DNA from: Gemmatimonadota bacterium
GTDB taxonomy: Bacteria; Gemmatimonadota; Gemmatimonadetes; Longimicrobiales; Gaopeijiaceae
NCBI GenBank assembly: GCA_039589315.1
Contig: JBDHHQ010000013.1
Location: 1-64,000, forward strand
Direction of reading: 5' to 3'
Length of the DNA: 64,000 bases
The position numbers were made by a program, and so were the translations under genes. Shown here in pieces: positions 1 to 7,984 of the stretch. A model generated the notes under the pieces. The model did no database searches, was not told the DNA's origin, and was given only the letters and a program-made list of their open reading frames with translations. Each line of letters begins with the position of its first letter. The stretch's first letter is position 1.

Positions 1-110
1 ATGTATTCCGCCACGCGACCCTCGATGTGGAGCCGCAACTCGTCCTCGATCTCGCGCCGGCGATCCGCGTGGACCCGTCCCGCCGGCCGCCAACCCTCAC
101 GGCGCCTCAC
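1..110 (-). CDS. ABC transporter permease (ADOP-type, permease-prefix N-terminus), 5' part only; runs off the window
   Basis: Manual translation from GTG at 110 gives (M)RRREGWRPAGRVHADRRREIEDELRLHIEGRVAEY. The 'EIEDELRxH' pattern is typical of ADOP permease N-termini, and the gene lies just downstream of padR. Not in the ORF track. Confidence 0.7.
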   Translation of the reverse strand, partial: MRRREGWRPAGRVHADRRREIEDELRLHIEGRVAEY

Positions 111-159
111 GACTCGGGCTCTCGCCTGCGGGACCCGCGGCTGCCCACCGCCACCGGCT

Positions 160-510
160 TCACGCTTCCTCCACCAGCCCCAACACCCTGCCGATGGCGG
201 CCGTGTGCTTCTGCCAACTCTCCACCTCCGCCCGGAGCGCCTCCCGGCCCTCGTCGGTAATCTCGTAGAACTTGGCCCGGCGCCGCTTCTCGGAGATCTG
301 CCATTCCCCCTCGATCAGGCCCCGACGCTGCAAGCGGTGGAGCGACGGGTACAGCGCCCCCTCGTCGACGTGGAGGACGTCCTGCGAGCGCTCCTCGATG
401 TCACGGGCAATCTCCAATCCGTGCATGGAACCGGCCCGGTCCAGGGTCCTGAGCACCAGTGTGTCGAGGCTTCCGTAGATGGCTCCGGGTCCGGACTTAC
501 GTTTGGACAT
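160..510 (-). CDS. PadR-family transcriptional regulator
   Basis: GSLDTLVLRTL...MHGLEIA...EGALYPSLHRL...RRAKFYEIT..GR..L winged-helix pattern; start taken at MSKRK (ATG 510). Confidence 0.92.
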   Translation of the reverse strand: MSKRKSGPGAIYGSLDTLVLRTLDRAGSMHGLEIARDIEERSQDVLHVDEGALYPSLHRLQRRGLIEGEWQISEKRRRAKFYEITDEGREALRAEVESWQKHTAAIGRVLGLVEEA

Positions 511-552
511 GGCGAGGGCTCGTTCCGTTGTAAGCGGGGCGATCCGGTTGCA

Positions 553-576
553 TAGATGATTTATATAAATCATTTA
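553..576. promoter_or_regulatory. AT-rich palindromic operator between divergent padR and CBS-HEPN genes
   Basis: Perfect 18-bp palindrome ATGATTTATATAAATCAT at 556-573, flanked by TA/TA after one mismatch, in a high-GC background. Confidence 0.75.
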
Positions 577-747
577 GGTCAAGCTCCACAAGGGCTCATG
601 CCGCAGGGATGCGAGGGCGTGCTGATCGACCCGCGAGGGCCCCGCTCGAGATTCCGCGTGGCAGGGTTCGCGATTCCAGCTGGCCCGCTCGAGATCGGTC
701 TCCCTCCGGGGTTGCCGGGCTCCGCCGTGCCGGGCAATGTGCTCCCC

Positions 748-1467
748 ATGCCCCTTTCCTCCGCCCAGTACCGCATGAGGCGCCTCTTCACCGAGGACTT
801 CAACGCGGCCGATATCGCCGACCCGTGCCTCTCTTTCGACGCCGAGCGGAGCGCGTCCGTCGACGGCCTGGTGGCGGGGTACGTCAGGCAGGAGGACCTG
901 GGTTCCGGCACGGTGGGCGACGTGGTGCGAGCGTTCGCGCCGGGCGAGGTCATCCCCTATACGGCCGGGTTTCACGACGTGCTGGCGTCCCTCGCCGTCT
1001 TCGAGACGGTGTTCGTAACCTCCACCGGGACCGTCTCGGCGGTCATCGACCGACGGGATCTCCAGAGCGCGCCGGTCCGCATGTGGCTGTTCGGCCTGAT
1101 CACGATCCTGGAGTCGTTCGTCAGCCGCGAGCTCGAGGCCCGCTTCCCCGACGAGAGCTGGACCACGGAGCTGTCAGCCGGCCGTCTGGCCAAGGCCAGA
1201 GAGCTCCTCTCCGAGCGACGCCGGCGCAACCTCGAGGCCTCTCTGGTGGACTGCCTCCAGTTCGGTGACAAGGCCGGCATACTCGTTCGCCAGCCGGACA
1301 TCCGGGAGGATTGGGGCTTCGAGTCCAAGCGACAGGCGGATCGCCAGATCCAGGACCTCCAGTCTCTCAGGAACCACCTGGCCCACGCCCAGGACATCCT
1401 CACCTACGACTGGGCTACGATCCTGGAGCTGGCCCAGCGCCTCGACACGATCATCACCCGGATCTGA
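748..1467 (+). CDS. CBS-like domain plus Swt1-like HEPN domain protein
   Basis: N-half is CBS-like (ADIADP..SFD; VSAVIDRRDL). C-half is helical with the HEPN RxxxxH motif RNHLAH (1369-1386). Start chosen at MPLSS (748); the ORF-track start at 556 lies inside the palindrome. Confidence 0.65.
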   Translation: MPLSSAQYRMRRLFTEDFNAADIADPCLSFDAERSASVDGLVAGYVRQEDLGSGTVGDVVRAFAPGEVIPYTAGFHDVLASLAVFETVFVTSTGTVSAVIDRRDLQSAPVRMWLFGLITILESFVSRELEARFPDESWTTELSAGRLAKARELLSERRRRNLEASLVDCLQFGDKAGILVRQPDIREDWGFESKRQADRQIQDLQSLRNHLAHAQDILTYDWATILELAQRLDTIITRI

Positions 1468-1603
1468 TCCGGCTTCGGGGCTGCCTCCCGGCGCCACGGG
1501 ACGACGCCTTGAATCTCCAGTGGAGCGAATCCCGTAGGCCTCTTCAGAGCCGGGGCAATCGAGTCAGCCCGAGCTCGGTGATGACGATGGGAGGACGAGA
1601 GTC

Positions 1604-1744
1604 ATGTTGAGATACTGGATTCTGGAGCTGACCCTCCAGGACAGCGTGAGAGAAGGCGCCGAAGACAAGCACAGGGCACGGCGGTTGATCCTCAATGCGT
1701 TGGGGGCCCTGACCATGATCGTGACGGCGGTCGCGGTCTTCTGA
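1604..1744 (+). CDS. 46-aa small protein with C-terminal hydrophobic helix
   Basis: GGGAGG RBS, ATG 1604, MLRYWILELTLQDSVREGAEDKHRARRLILNALGALTMIVTAVAVF*, followed by a terminator-like hairpin. Confidence 0.6.
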   Translation: MLRYWILELTLQDSVREGAEDKHRARRLILNALGALTMIVTAVAVF

Positions 1745-1815
1745 AGAGACCCAGGGCGCGGTGGCGAGCCCATCTCGGGGCGTCCGACCGCGCGTGAGGG
1801 CCCGCAAACTCCTTT

Positions 1816-1852
1816 ACGGCCACCGGGACCACCCCCGGTGGCCGTGCCTTTT
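1816..1852 (+). terminator. Intrinsic terminator-like hairpin
   Basis: 12-bp perfect stem ACGGCCACCGGG/CCCGGTGGCCGT (1816-1845) followed by GCCTTTT. Confidence 0.6.
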
Positions 1853-2003
1853 CGCCGGCGCCTTCGCCGCCAACCCTCTGACGGCGAGTCTGGAACGGCG
1901 TGTCCGGTGCCGAGCCCCCGGCGCGCATAGACACCATGAAGGCAGGCGTAGCGGGAACCGATCCACGCTGCCAGAAGTTGTGTCTAGAAGGACGAGCCCT
2001 GAG

Positions 2004-2032
2004 TAGAAAGATACGAGAATGCACCATACAGT
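2004..2032 (+). promoter_or_regulatory. Candidate sigma70-type promoter for the 35-aa peptide
   Basis: TAGAAA-17 nt-TACAGT; the -35 is weak. Confidence 0.4.
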
Positions 2033-2066
2033 CGGACAGTGTTGCGCGGCGGAGGTGGGACCCGGG

Positions 2067-2174
2067 ATGCCCAGGTGGCTGTATTCGGTGATCCCGGCGT
2101 GCCGGCAGCCGCTCGTGGACTTCCTGGCCCTGGTCGTGATCGTGGCATTGGCCCTGGCGGGAATCGCCGCCTGA
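2067..2174 (+). CDS. 35-aa small membrane peptide
   Basis: GGAGGT RBS, ATG 2067, MPRWLYSVIPACRQPLVDFLALVVIVALALAGIAA*. Confidence 0.6.
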   Translation: MPRWLYSVIPACRQPLVDFLALVVIVALALAGIAA

Positions 2175-2223
2175 AGGAAGTAGGGATCGCGTCCCGACGG
2201 GGTGCGACCCCTACTGCCTTCAG
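2171..2223. terminator. Long hairpin between convergent genes
   Basis: CTGAAGG-a-AGTAGGG-a-TCGC-gt-CCC...GGG-gt-GCGA-c-CCCTACT-g-CCTTCAG imperfect inverted repeat, 53 nt in total. Confidence 0.55.
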
Positions 2224-2402
2224 AGCACTACCCCCGGACGCTCCTTCCCCTTCGCCTCACTCCCCCCATCCCCGAGCCCTGAGCCCGATCGGCCTCGAAC
2301 CGCTCGGGCGCGTCCGCATCGCTTCGGCGCTCCCCCTATGCGCGCAGGCTCTGGCGAGATGCGACGCCCAAGCGCCTGGGCGGGCGAATGGAATCGTAGT
2401 CC

Positions 2403-3122
2403 CTACGAAGTGACAGCCGGCGCTTCCACGGGGGCCTGCGCAGGTCGTGACCCACCCTTCACGTTGAAACGATACCCGGCCCAGATCAGCAGCAGGCCCA
2501 CGAGCTCGCCCACGTAGAGCACCTCGGTGTGCCCCATACGGGTGGCCGCGCCACCGATGCCGGGAAGGATCGCGCCCACGGCGATGAGCACGTTGCCCAC
2601 CACGCGGTGCCTCAAGTTGGGGTCGCCCCGGAAGCGATACGCCGAGTAGAAGGCCCCACCGACCAGGAAGAACACGGCATAGAGGTTGATGAACGGGCTG
2701 AAGCGGCGTACCCACTGCCACTCCATGACCTGGCCCGTCAGGCGGTGGGTCTCCACCAGGGAGTGATCCAGCGGGGTGAGCAGCACACAGGTGGCAGCCA
2801 CCAGAATGAACGGTACCAGCAGCGCGGTCAGTCGGTTGGCCGTCGTCCGCTCCAGCAGCAGGTACACCGTCCCCTGGGCCAGGGGCGCTCCGCCCATCAG
2901 CGCGCCGGAGATGTACCAGGCACGGAAGACGCCCTCCGACCATCCGAAGAGGGTGACCCACGATTCGGTGAACGTGCCCACCCCGAACATGAATACGCCG
3001 AACGCCCACCACGGCAGGTGGGGGCCGCTCCGCCGGTCTCGGTAGCGCCTCCACAGAACGATGGTGAAGGCAACCGAGATGAGAGTGGTGAAGATGGGGA
3101 GGAAATGAACGGGTTGACGCAT
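2403..3122 (-). CDS. Multi-pass (about 7 TM) membrane protein of unknown function
   Basis: About seven hydrophobic segments; WxxG and GTxxE patterns. Confidence 0.85.
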   Translation of the reverse strand: MRQPVHFLPIFTTLISVAFTIVLWRRYRDRRSGPHLPWWAFGVFMFGVGTFTESWVTLFGWSEGVFRAWYISGALMGGAPLAQGTVYLLLERTTANRLTALLVPFILVAATCVLLTPLDHSLVETHRLTGQVMEWQWVRRFSPFINLYAVFFLVGGAFYSAYRFRGDPNLRHRVVGNVLIAVGAILPGIGGAATRMGHTEVLYVGELVGLLLIWAGYRFNVKGGSRPAQAPVEAPAVTS

Positions 3123-3555
3123 GGCTTCGGTCCGGTCTACGGAGTCTGGCTCGGTGGCTCGGGACCCAACCCCGTAGGGCCCGGCGGTGTTTCATGATCG
3201 ACCCACAGTGGTGTCGAATCGGGCCATGGGAAAGGGGCGACTCCCGGGAGCCCGGCCTGGTACGGGCGAGGGTCCTCCCGGCCGGGCTGGCACGGTCGTC
3301 GGAGGGTCGGGCTCCTCGGACCATGGGATCGCCCACCGCCGACCACGAGATTTGTGGCGCCGTCGGATGCCGCGGCCCGACGTCCGGGCCGCACGACCCT
3401 ACACACCCATTCGCTGCGCGGTTGTCAGGGACGGGTCGCGGGACCGACGGTCGCCTCCCGGGGCGGGCGCCTCGGGAGGCGCGACCGGGCGTCACGAGGG
3501 GATCCTCCGGGTCGTTTGAGTCAGGAATCCAACCAGACTCGCCGGAGACACGATC

Positions 3556-4080
3556 ATGACGGCCTCACCCTCACGCAGACCACGGATGCCCGTCGTCGGC
3601 ACAACCGCCCGCCATGCCCTCGGTGCCCTCGTCGTCGGGCTGAGCACCCTGGTGGCGGGGTGCGGGATCGTGGACGGCGACGGAGATACCTGGAAGGAGG
3701 AGCTGGCCCTCGCCCGGCAACTGTGGCGAGATGCCGGTCTCACCGACTACAGCTACCGCGTCAGACAACTCTGCTTCTGCGGCTATGGTGGCGCGATCAT
3801 CGCGGTAGAAGTGCGTGGGGGTGTGGTGGTGGCGGCGACCGAGGTGGACACCGGCGAGGCGATCCCCGTGTCCCAGTTCCCCTGGGCCGCCCCGTCGGTG
3901 GAGGACCTGTTTCAGCGCATCCAGGAGATCATCGAGGGCGGCCCCGCGGAGTTCGCGGCCACCTACGATCCTCTCTTGGGGTACCCCAGGTCCGTCACGG
4001 CGGACCCCATCGCCAACGCCATCGACGAGGAATGGGGGGTCGAGGCCAGCGACATGGAGGCTGCGCCGCCCGCTTCATGA
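3556..4080 (+). CDS. DUF6174-like lipoprotein
   Basis: Lipobox VAGC; W...DYSY....CFC; SVEDLF; YDP.LGYP; AIDEE. Confidence 0.8.
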   Translation: MTASPSRRPRMPVVGTTARHALGALVVGLSTLVAGCGIVDGDGDTWKEELALARQLWRDAGLTDYSYRVRQLCFCGYGGAIIAVEVRGGVVVAATEVDTGEAIPVSQFPWAAPSVEDLFQRIQEIIEGGPAEFAATYDPLLGYPRSVTADPIANAIDEEWGVEASDMEAAPPAS

Positions 4081-4172
4081 GCCGCGCGAAAGCTCTCTGC
4101 ACTGGGGCCGGGGTGCGGTGAGGTAGAGGTCCGGTAGCTACCGAGAGGGCCGATGCGCCCGATCCAGCCACA

Positions 4173-5024
4173 CTAGAACTCGTACGTCAGCGTTTCCGTC
4201 CGAGCGTCGCCGGGAAGCTGGAGGTGGATGATGAGCGTCCGCTGCCCCGGGGGCTCGCCCGGATACGACTCGGCGTACGCGGCCTCCACGGGCCGCAAAT
4301 CGAAGCGCAGCGTGCGGACGACGATGGCGTCGCAGGGGTCGTCGTTGTCTTCGTGGCTGACGGCCATGCGGACCTGGACGGGAAACGACTCCATCCATCC
4401 GCCGAAGAGTGTGGCGTCGAGCTGATGGACCTCGCAGCCGCCCGAGTAGGCCACGTGCAGCTCCAGCAGCGAGCCTTCGACCGACAGTGAATCCAAGCCG
4501 AGCGGATCGCCGGGAAGGAGGGCGGGGTCGGCCTCCCAGTCGATGAGCACCGGCAGGATCCCGTCCGCGAGACCGGAGAGCTCGCCCACGACTGCCTGGA
4601 TCTCCCGGGGCATGAGGTCGGACGTGCCTCTGATCGTGGACTCGGCGAGCCCGTCCGAGTAGGTGAGGGACACATAGAACCGGTCGCAGCACTCGTTGCC
4701 GTAATCCGTGCCGGCCAGCTCCAGGATTCCCGCGGACAGCAGGTCGACGGCCCAGCCGTCCACCCGCTCCCGGCTCACCTCCATGATGGTCTGCCCCGAC
4801 GGGAAGGAGCAGCCGTTCACGCACGACTCTCCGAGCACGCTCAGGGTTGCCCCATCCACGACGATGGCGTAGTCGACGCCGACCAAGCCACCGGTCACGT
4901 GCAACCGGATCTGGACGTCGTCCGACGGGCTGGGCACCGTGGGGTCTGACGAGCAGGCACCCAGTGTGAGCGTCGCCGCCACCAACAGGCCGCCTCCAGT
5001 CAACCTCCTCTCGAGCAACGCCAT
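4173..5024 (-). CDS. Cys-containing lipoprotein of unknown function
   Basis: Lipobox LGAC after MALLERR (ATG 5024, purine-rich RBS); C-terminal YSGGC..H...ESFPVQ...DPCDA domain. Confidence 0.75.
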   Translation of the reverse strand: MALLERRLTGGGLLVAATLTLGACSSDPTVPSPSDDVQIRLHVTGGLVGVDYAIVVDGATLSVLGESCVNGCSFPSGQTIMEVSRERVDGWAVDLLSAGILELAGTDYGNECCDRFYVSLTYSDGLAESTIRGTSDLMPREIQAVVGELSGLADGILPVLIDWEADPALLPGDPLGLDSLSVEGSLLELHVAYSGGCEVHQLDATLFGGWMESFPVQVRMAVSHEDNDDPCDAIVVRTLRFDLRPVEAAYAESYPGEPPGQRTLIIHLQLPGDARTETLTYEF

Positions 5025-5319
5025 TCCGCTCCCCCCTTCGTCTCGTGTCCCACCGACCGGCCGCCCCACCGTGGCCGGCGGCACCTCGCGGTGATGCACC
5101 ACCACCCCAGGTACGATCGAGAGCCCTCCCTCGTGACGTTCGACACCGCCCGCCTGCAGGGGATCCCCGGAAACCCGCGCGCGAGACTCCTCGTAGGTCC
5201 CGTCGGGCAGGGAGCCCCCGGCGGGAAGGACGAACGACCGGTCCGGCCGGCCCGCCCGCCGGCATCGGCGACGGACGGACGTGACGCCCCGTCCTCCGAC
5301 CAACCAGCGAGGCACCGCC

Positions 5320-7770
5320 ATGGAACGGCTGAGACAGGACCTTCGATTCGCCATCCGGCGACTCATGCGCAAGCCCCTCTTCACGGCGGTGGCCGTGGTG
5401 TCCCTGGCCATCGGCATCGGGGCGAACACGGCCATCTTCAGCCTGGTGAACGCGGTCATCCTGCGGGACCTCCCGGTCGAGCGACCCGAGGAGCTGGTGG
5501 ATATCTACCGCAGCGTAGCAGGCTTCTCGCACGCCACCTTCTCGTATCCCGACTACCTGGACGTGGGGCGCGACGGCGAGGAGCTGTTCAGCGATGTGGC
5601 GCTGAGTCGGCTGGCCTTCGTACAGACCGACACCGACGACGGCGTGGAGCTCCTGCCGGGCGAGCTCGTGAGCGGCAACTTCTTCCCCATGCTGGGGGTG
5701 CCGGCGGTGGTGGGGCGGACGCTGCTGCCGGAGGATGACGTGTCTCCCGGCGGTCACCCGGTGGTCATGCTCGGGCACGCCTACTGGCAGCGGCGCTACG
5801 GCGGCGATCCGGGCGTGGTCGGCGACGAGATCCGGCTGAACGGCCGGAGCTATGCCATCGTCGGCGTGGCACCCGAGGCGTACACAGGCAGCCTGCGGGG
5901 CATCATGCCCGACGTCTATGCCCCCTACATGATGGTGGGCCAGCTGAACCCGAGCGACTACGACGAGATCGAGTCCCGAGGCTCGCAGAGCCTCTTCCTG
6001 AAGGGACGGCTGCGCCCGGGCATCGGCCTGCTCCAGGCCCAGGGGTGGGCCGATCGGTTGGCGGCCAACTTCCGCGAGCAGTATCCGGGCAATTGGATGG
6101 CCGACAACGAGATCACGCTGGTAGCCACGGCGGACGTCATCATGAACCCCATGGTGGACCGCTACATCTTGCCCGCGGCGGGCCTCATGATGGTGGTGGT
6201 GGGCCTGGTCCTGCTCATCGCGTGCGCGAACCTGGCCAGCTTCCTCCTGGCGCAGGCGGCCGACCGCAAGAAGGAGATCGCCGTGCGCCTGGCCCTCGGC
6301 GCCAAGCGTCGACGCCTCATCGGCCAGCTCCTCACGGAGTCGACCCTCCTGGCAGGCGTGGGCGGCCTGGCCGGCGTAGGGGTGGCCGCGCTCATGCTCC
6401 AGGCGCTGGTGAAGGCGGATCTGCCGCTGCCCTTCCCCATCGCGCTGGACCTTTCCATGGACGTCCTGGTCCTGGGCTTCGGTCTGTCGGTGACGCTCGG
6501 AGCGGGCCTCCTGTTCGGCCTCGTGCCGGCGCTCCAGGCCACCAACGCCGACGTGGCCCCCACGCTCAAGGACGAGGGCGCCGGGGGCGGCCGGCCCAAG
6601 CGGGTGACGCTCAGGAGTGCGCTGGTCGTCACGCAGGTGGCCGTGAGCCTCGTCCTGCTGGTGGGTGCCGGACTCTTCCTCCGAAGCCTCCAGGCGCGGG
6701 TCGCCGTGGACCCCGGCTTCGGCTACGAGCCCGCGGCGGTCGTCAGCTTCCAGACCCCTCCGGACCTCTACGAGGAGGAGGAGACGCGGGTCTTCATGCG
6801 CTCCCTCCAGGACCAGGTACTCGAGCTCCCGGGCATCCGAGCGGTGGGCCTGACCTCGGATCTGCACCTGAGCTCCATGAACAACCAGAGCATGGGCATC
6901 GTCGCGGACGGCGTGGAGCCGCCCCCCGGTCAGGACTTCCACCTGGTCGAGTGGGCCGGGGTGACCCCGGGCTTCTTCGAGGCTGCGGGGATACCGGTCG
7001 TGCAGGGCCGAAACTTCGATCGCTCGGACGTCCCAGACGCAGCGCAGGTGGCCATCGTAAGCGAAGCCATGGCCGCCCGCTTCTGGCCCGGGCAGGACCC
7101 CGTGGGCCGGACCTTCCGCCGGGGCGACGGGGACTACACGGTCGTGGGTGTGGCCGGTGACGCCAAGGTGCGATCGCTGGGAGAGTCGCCGAGGCCGTTC
7201 ATCTACCGGCCCTACGATCAGGCCTTCAGCTCGGGCATGACCATGGTGGCCACGACCCGCGGTGACGCGCAGAAGGCGATGCTCGACGTTCTGGCCCTGG
7301 CGAGGCGCCTGGAGCCTGAGCTGATGGTCTTCGAGACCAAGACCATGGAGAGGCACCTCGGCGTCATGCTCCTGCCTCACAGACTGTCAGCGCTGATCGT
7401 ATCGTCGTTCGGGATCCTCGCCCTCCTGCTGGCCAGCATCGGGCTCTACGGGGTGGTGAGCTACGCCGTATCGACGCGGAGCCGGGAGGTGGGCATCCGC
7501 ATGGCACTGGGCGCGGACCCCGGACGAGTCGTGAGCATGCTCACCCGTGGCGGGCTCAAGCTGGTGCTCGCCGGTGCCGTATTGGGACTGGGGCTGGCCT
7601 TCGTCTCGGCCCGGCTATTGGGCTCGCTGCTCTACGGGGTGGAGGCGAACGATCCCGTCGCGTTCGTGGCGGTGCCTCTGCTGCTTGGCGGGGTGGCCTT
7701 CCTCGCAGCGTGGATCCCGGCGCGGAGGGCCAGTGTCATCAACCCGGTCCGGGCGTTGAAGGCCGACTGA
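5320..7770 (+). CDS. ADOP-family ABC transporter permease (duplicated MacB-periplasmic/FtsX)
   Basis: QDLRFAIRRL.RKPLFT..A...LAIGIGANTAIFS; LLIACANLA; EIAVRLALGA; REVGIRMALGA; PARRA..INPV.ALK. Confidence 0.93.
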   Translation: MERLRQDLRFAIRRLMRKPLFTAVAVVSLAIGIGANTAIFSLVNAVILRDLPVERPEELVDIYRSVAGFSHATFSYPDYLDVGRDGEELFSDVALSRLAFVQTDTDDGVELLPGELVSGNFFPMLGVPAVVGRTLLPEDDVSPGGHPVVMLGHAYWQRRYGGDPGVVGDEIRLNGRSYAIVGVAPEAYTGSLRGIMPDVYAPYMMVGQLNPSDYDEIESRGSQSLFLKGRLRPGIGLLQAQGWADRLAANFREQYPGNWMADNEITLVATADVIMNPMVDRYILPAAGLMMVVVGLVLLIACANLASFLLAQAADRKKEIAVRLALGAKRRRLIGQLLTESTLLAGVGGLAGVGVAALMLQALVKADLPLPFPIALDLSMDVLVLGFGLSVTLGAGLLFGLVPALQATNADVAPTLKDEGAGGGRPKRVTLRSALVVTQVAVSLVLLVGAGLFLRSLQARVAVDPGFGYEPAAVVSFQTPPDLYEEEETRVFMRSLQDQVLELPGIRAVGLTSDLHLSSMNNQSMGIVADGVEPPPGQDFHLVEWAGVTPGFFEAAGIPVVQGRNFDRSDVPDAAQVAIVSEAMAARFWPGQDPVGRTFRRGDGDYTVVGVAGDAKVRSLGESPRPFIYRPYDQAFSSGMTMVATTRGDAQKAMLDVLALARRLEPELMVFETKTMERHLGVMLLPHRLSALIVSSFGILALLLASIGLYGVVSYAVSTRSREVGIRMALGADPGRVVSMLTRGGLKLVLAGAVLGLGLAFVSARLLGSLLYGVEANDPVAFVAVPLLLGGVAFLAAWIPARRASVINPVRALKAD

Positions 7771-7984
7771 CTGACTGACCGCGTGTGCGGAGCGGTGCAG
7801 AGTCGGGTAGCCATGGAGACCGTGCCGGGGCAGCCGGTCGGCGGCGGGACGGCTGCCCGCCAGCGCTACTACGACGTCGCCCGTGCGGGCGAGCTGGAGG
7901 TGGAGGCCGCGGCCGAGCGCCTGCGTGTCCTGCCCCTGCCCACCGTTTCGGGGAACCCGCGCCCGGCCGAGAGCTGACTACGGA

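Noticed and set aside
556..573. Two ORFs on opposite strands both starting MIYINHL
   Set aside because: Artefact of the palindrome; better starts are 510 (minus) and 748 (plus).
541..585. Possible dif site
   Set aside because: It is a perfect palindrome without the asymmetric XerC/XerD arms and 6-bp spacer; its position fits an operator.
4138..7380. 1080-aa minus-strand ORF
   Set aside because: Largely an antisense shadow of the ADOP permease; typical of high-GC DNA and has no motifs.
7783..7977. Short ORF METVPGQ...RPAES after the permease
   Set aside because: Weak RBS and no recognisable motif; it cannot be supported, though it is not excluded.
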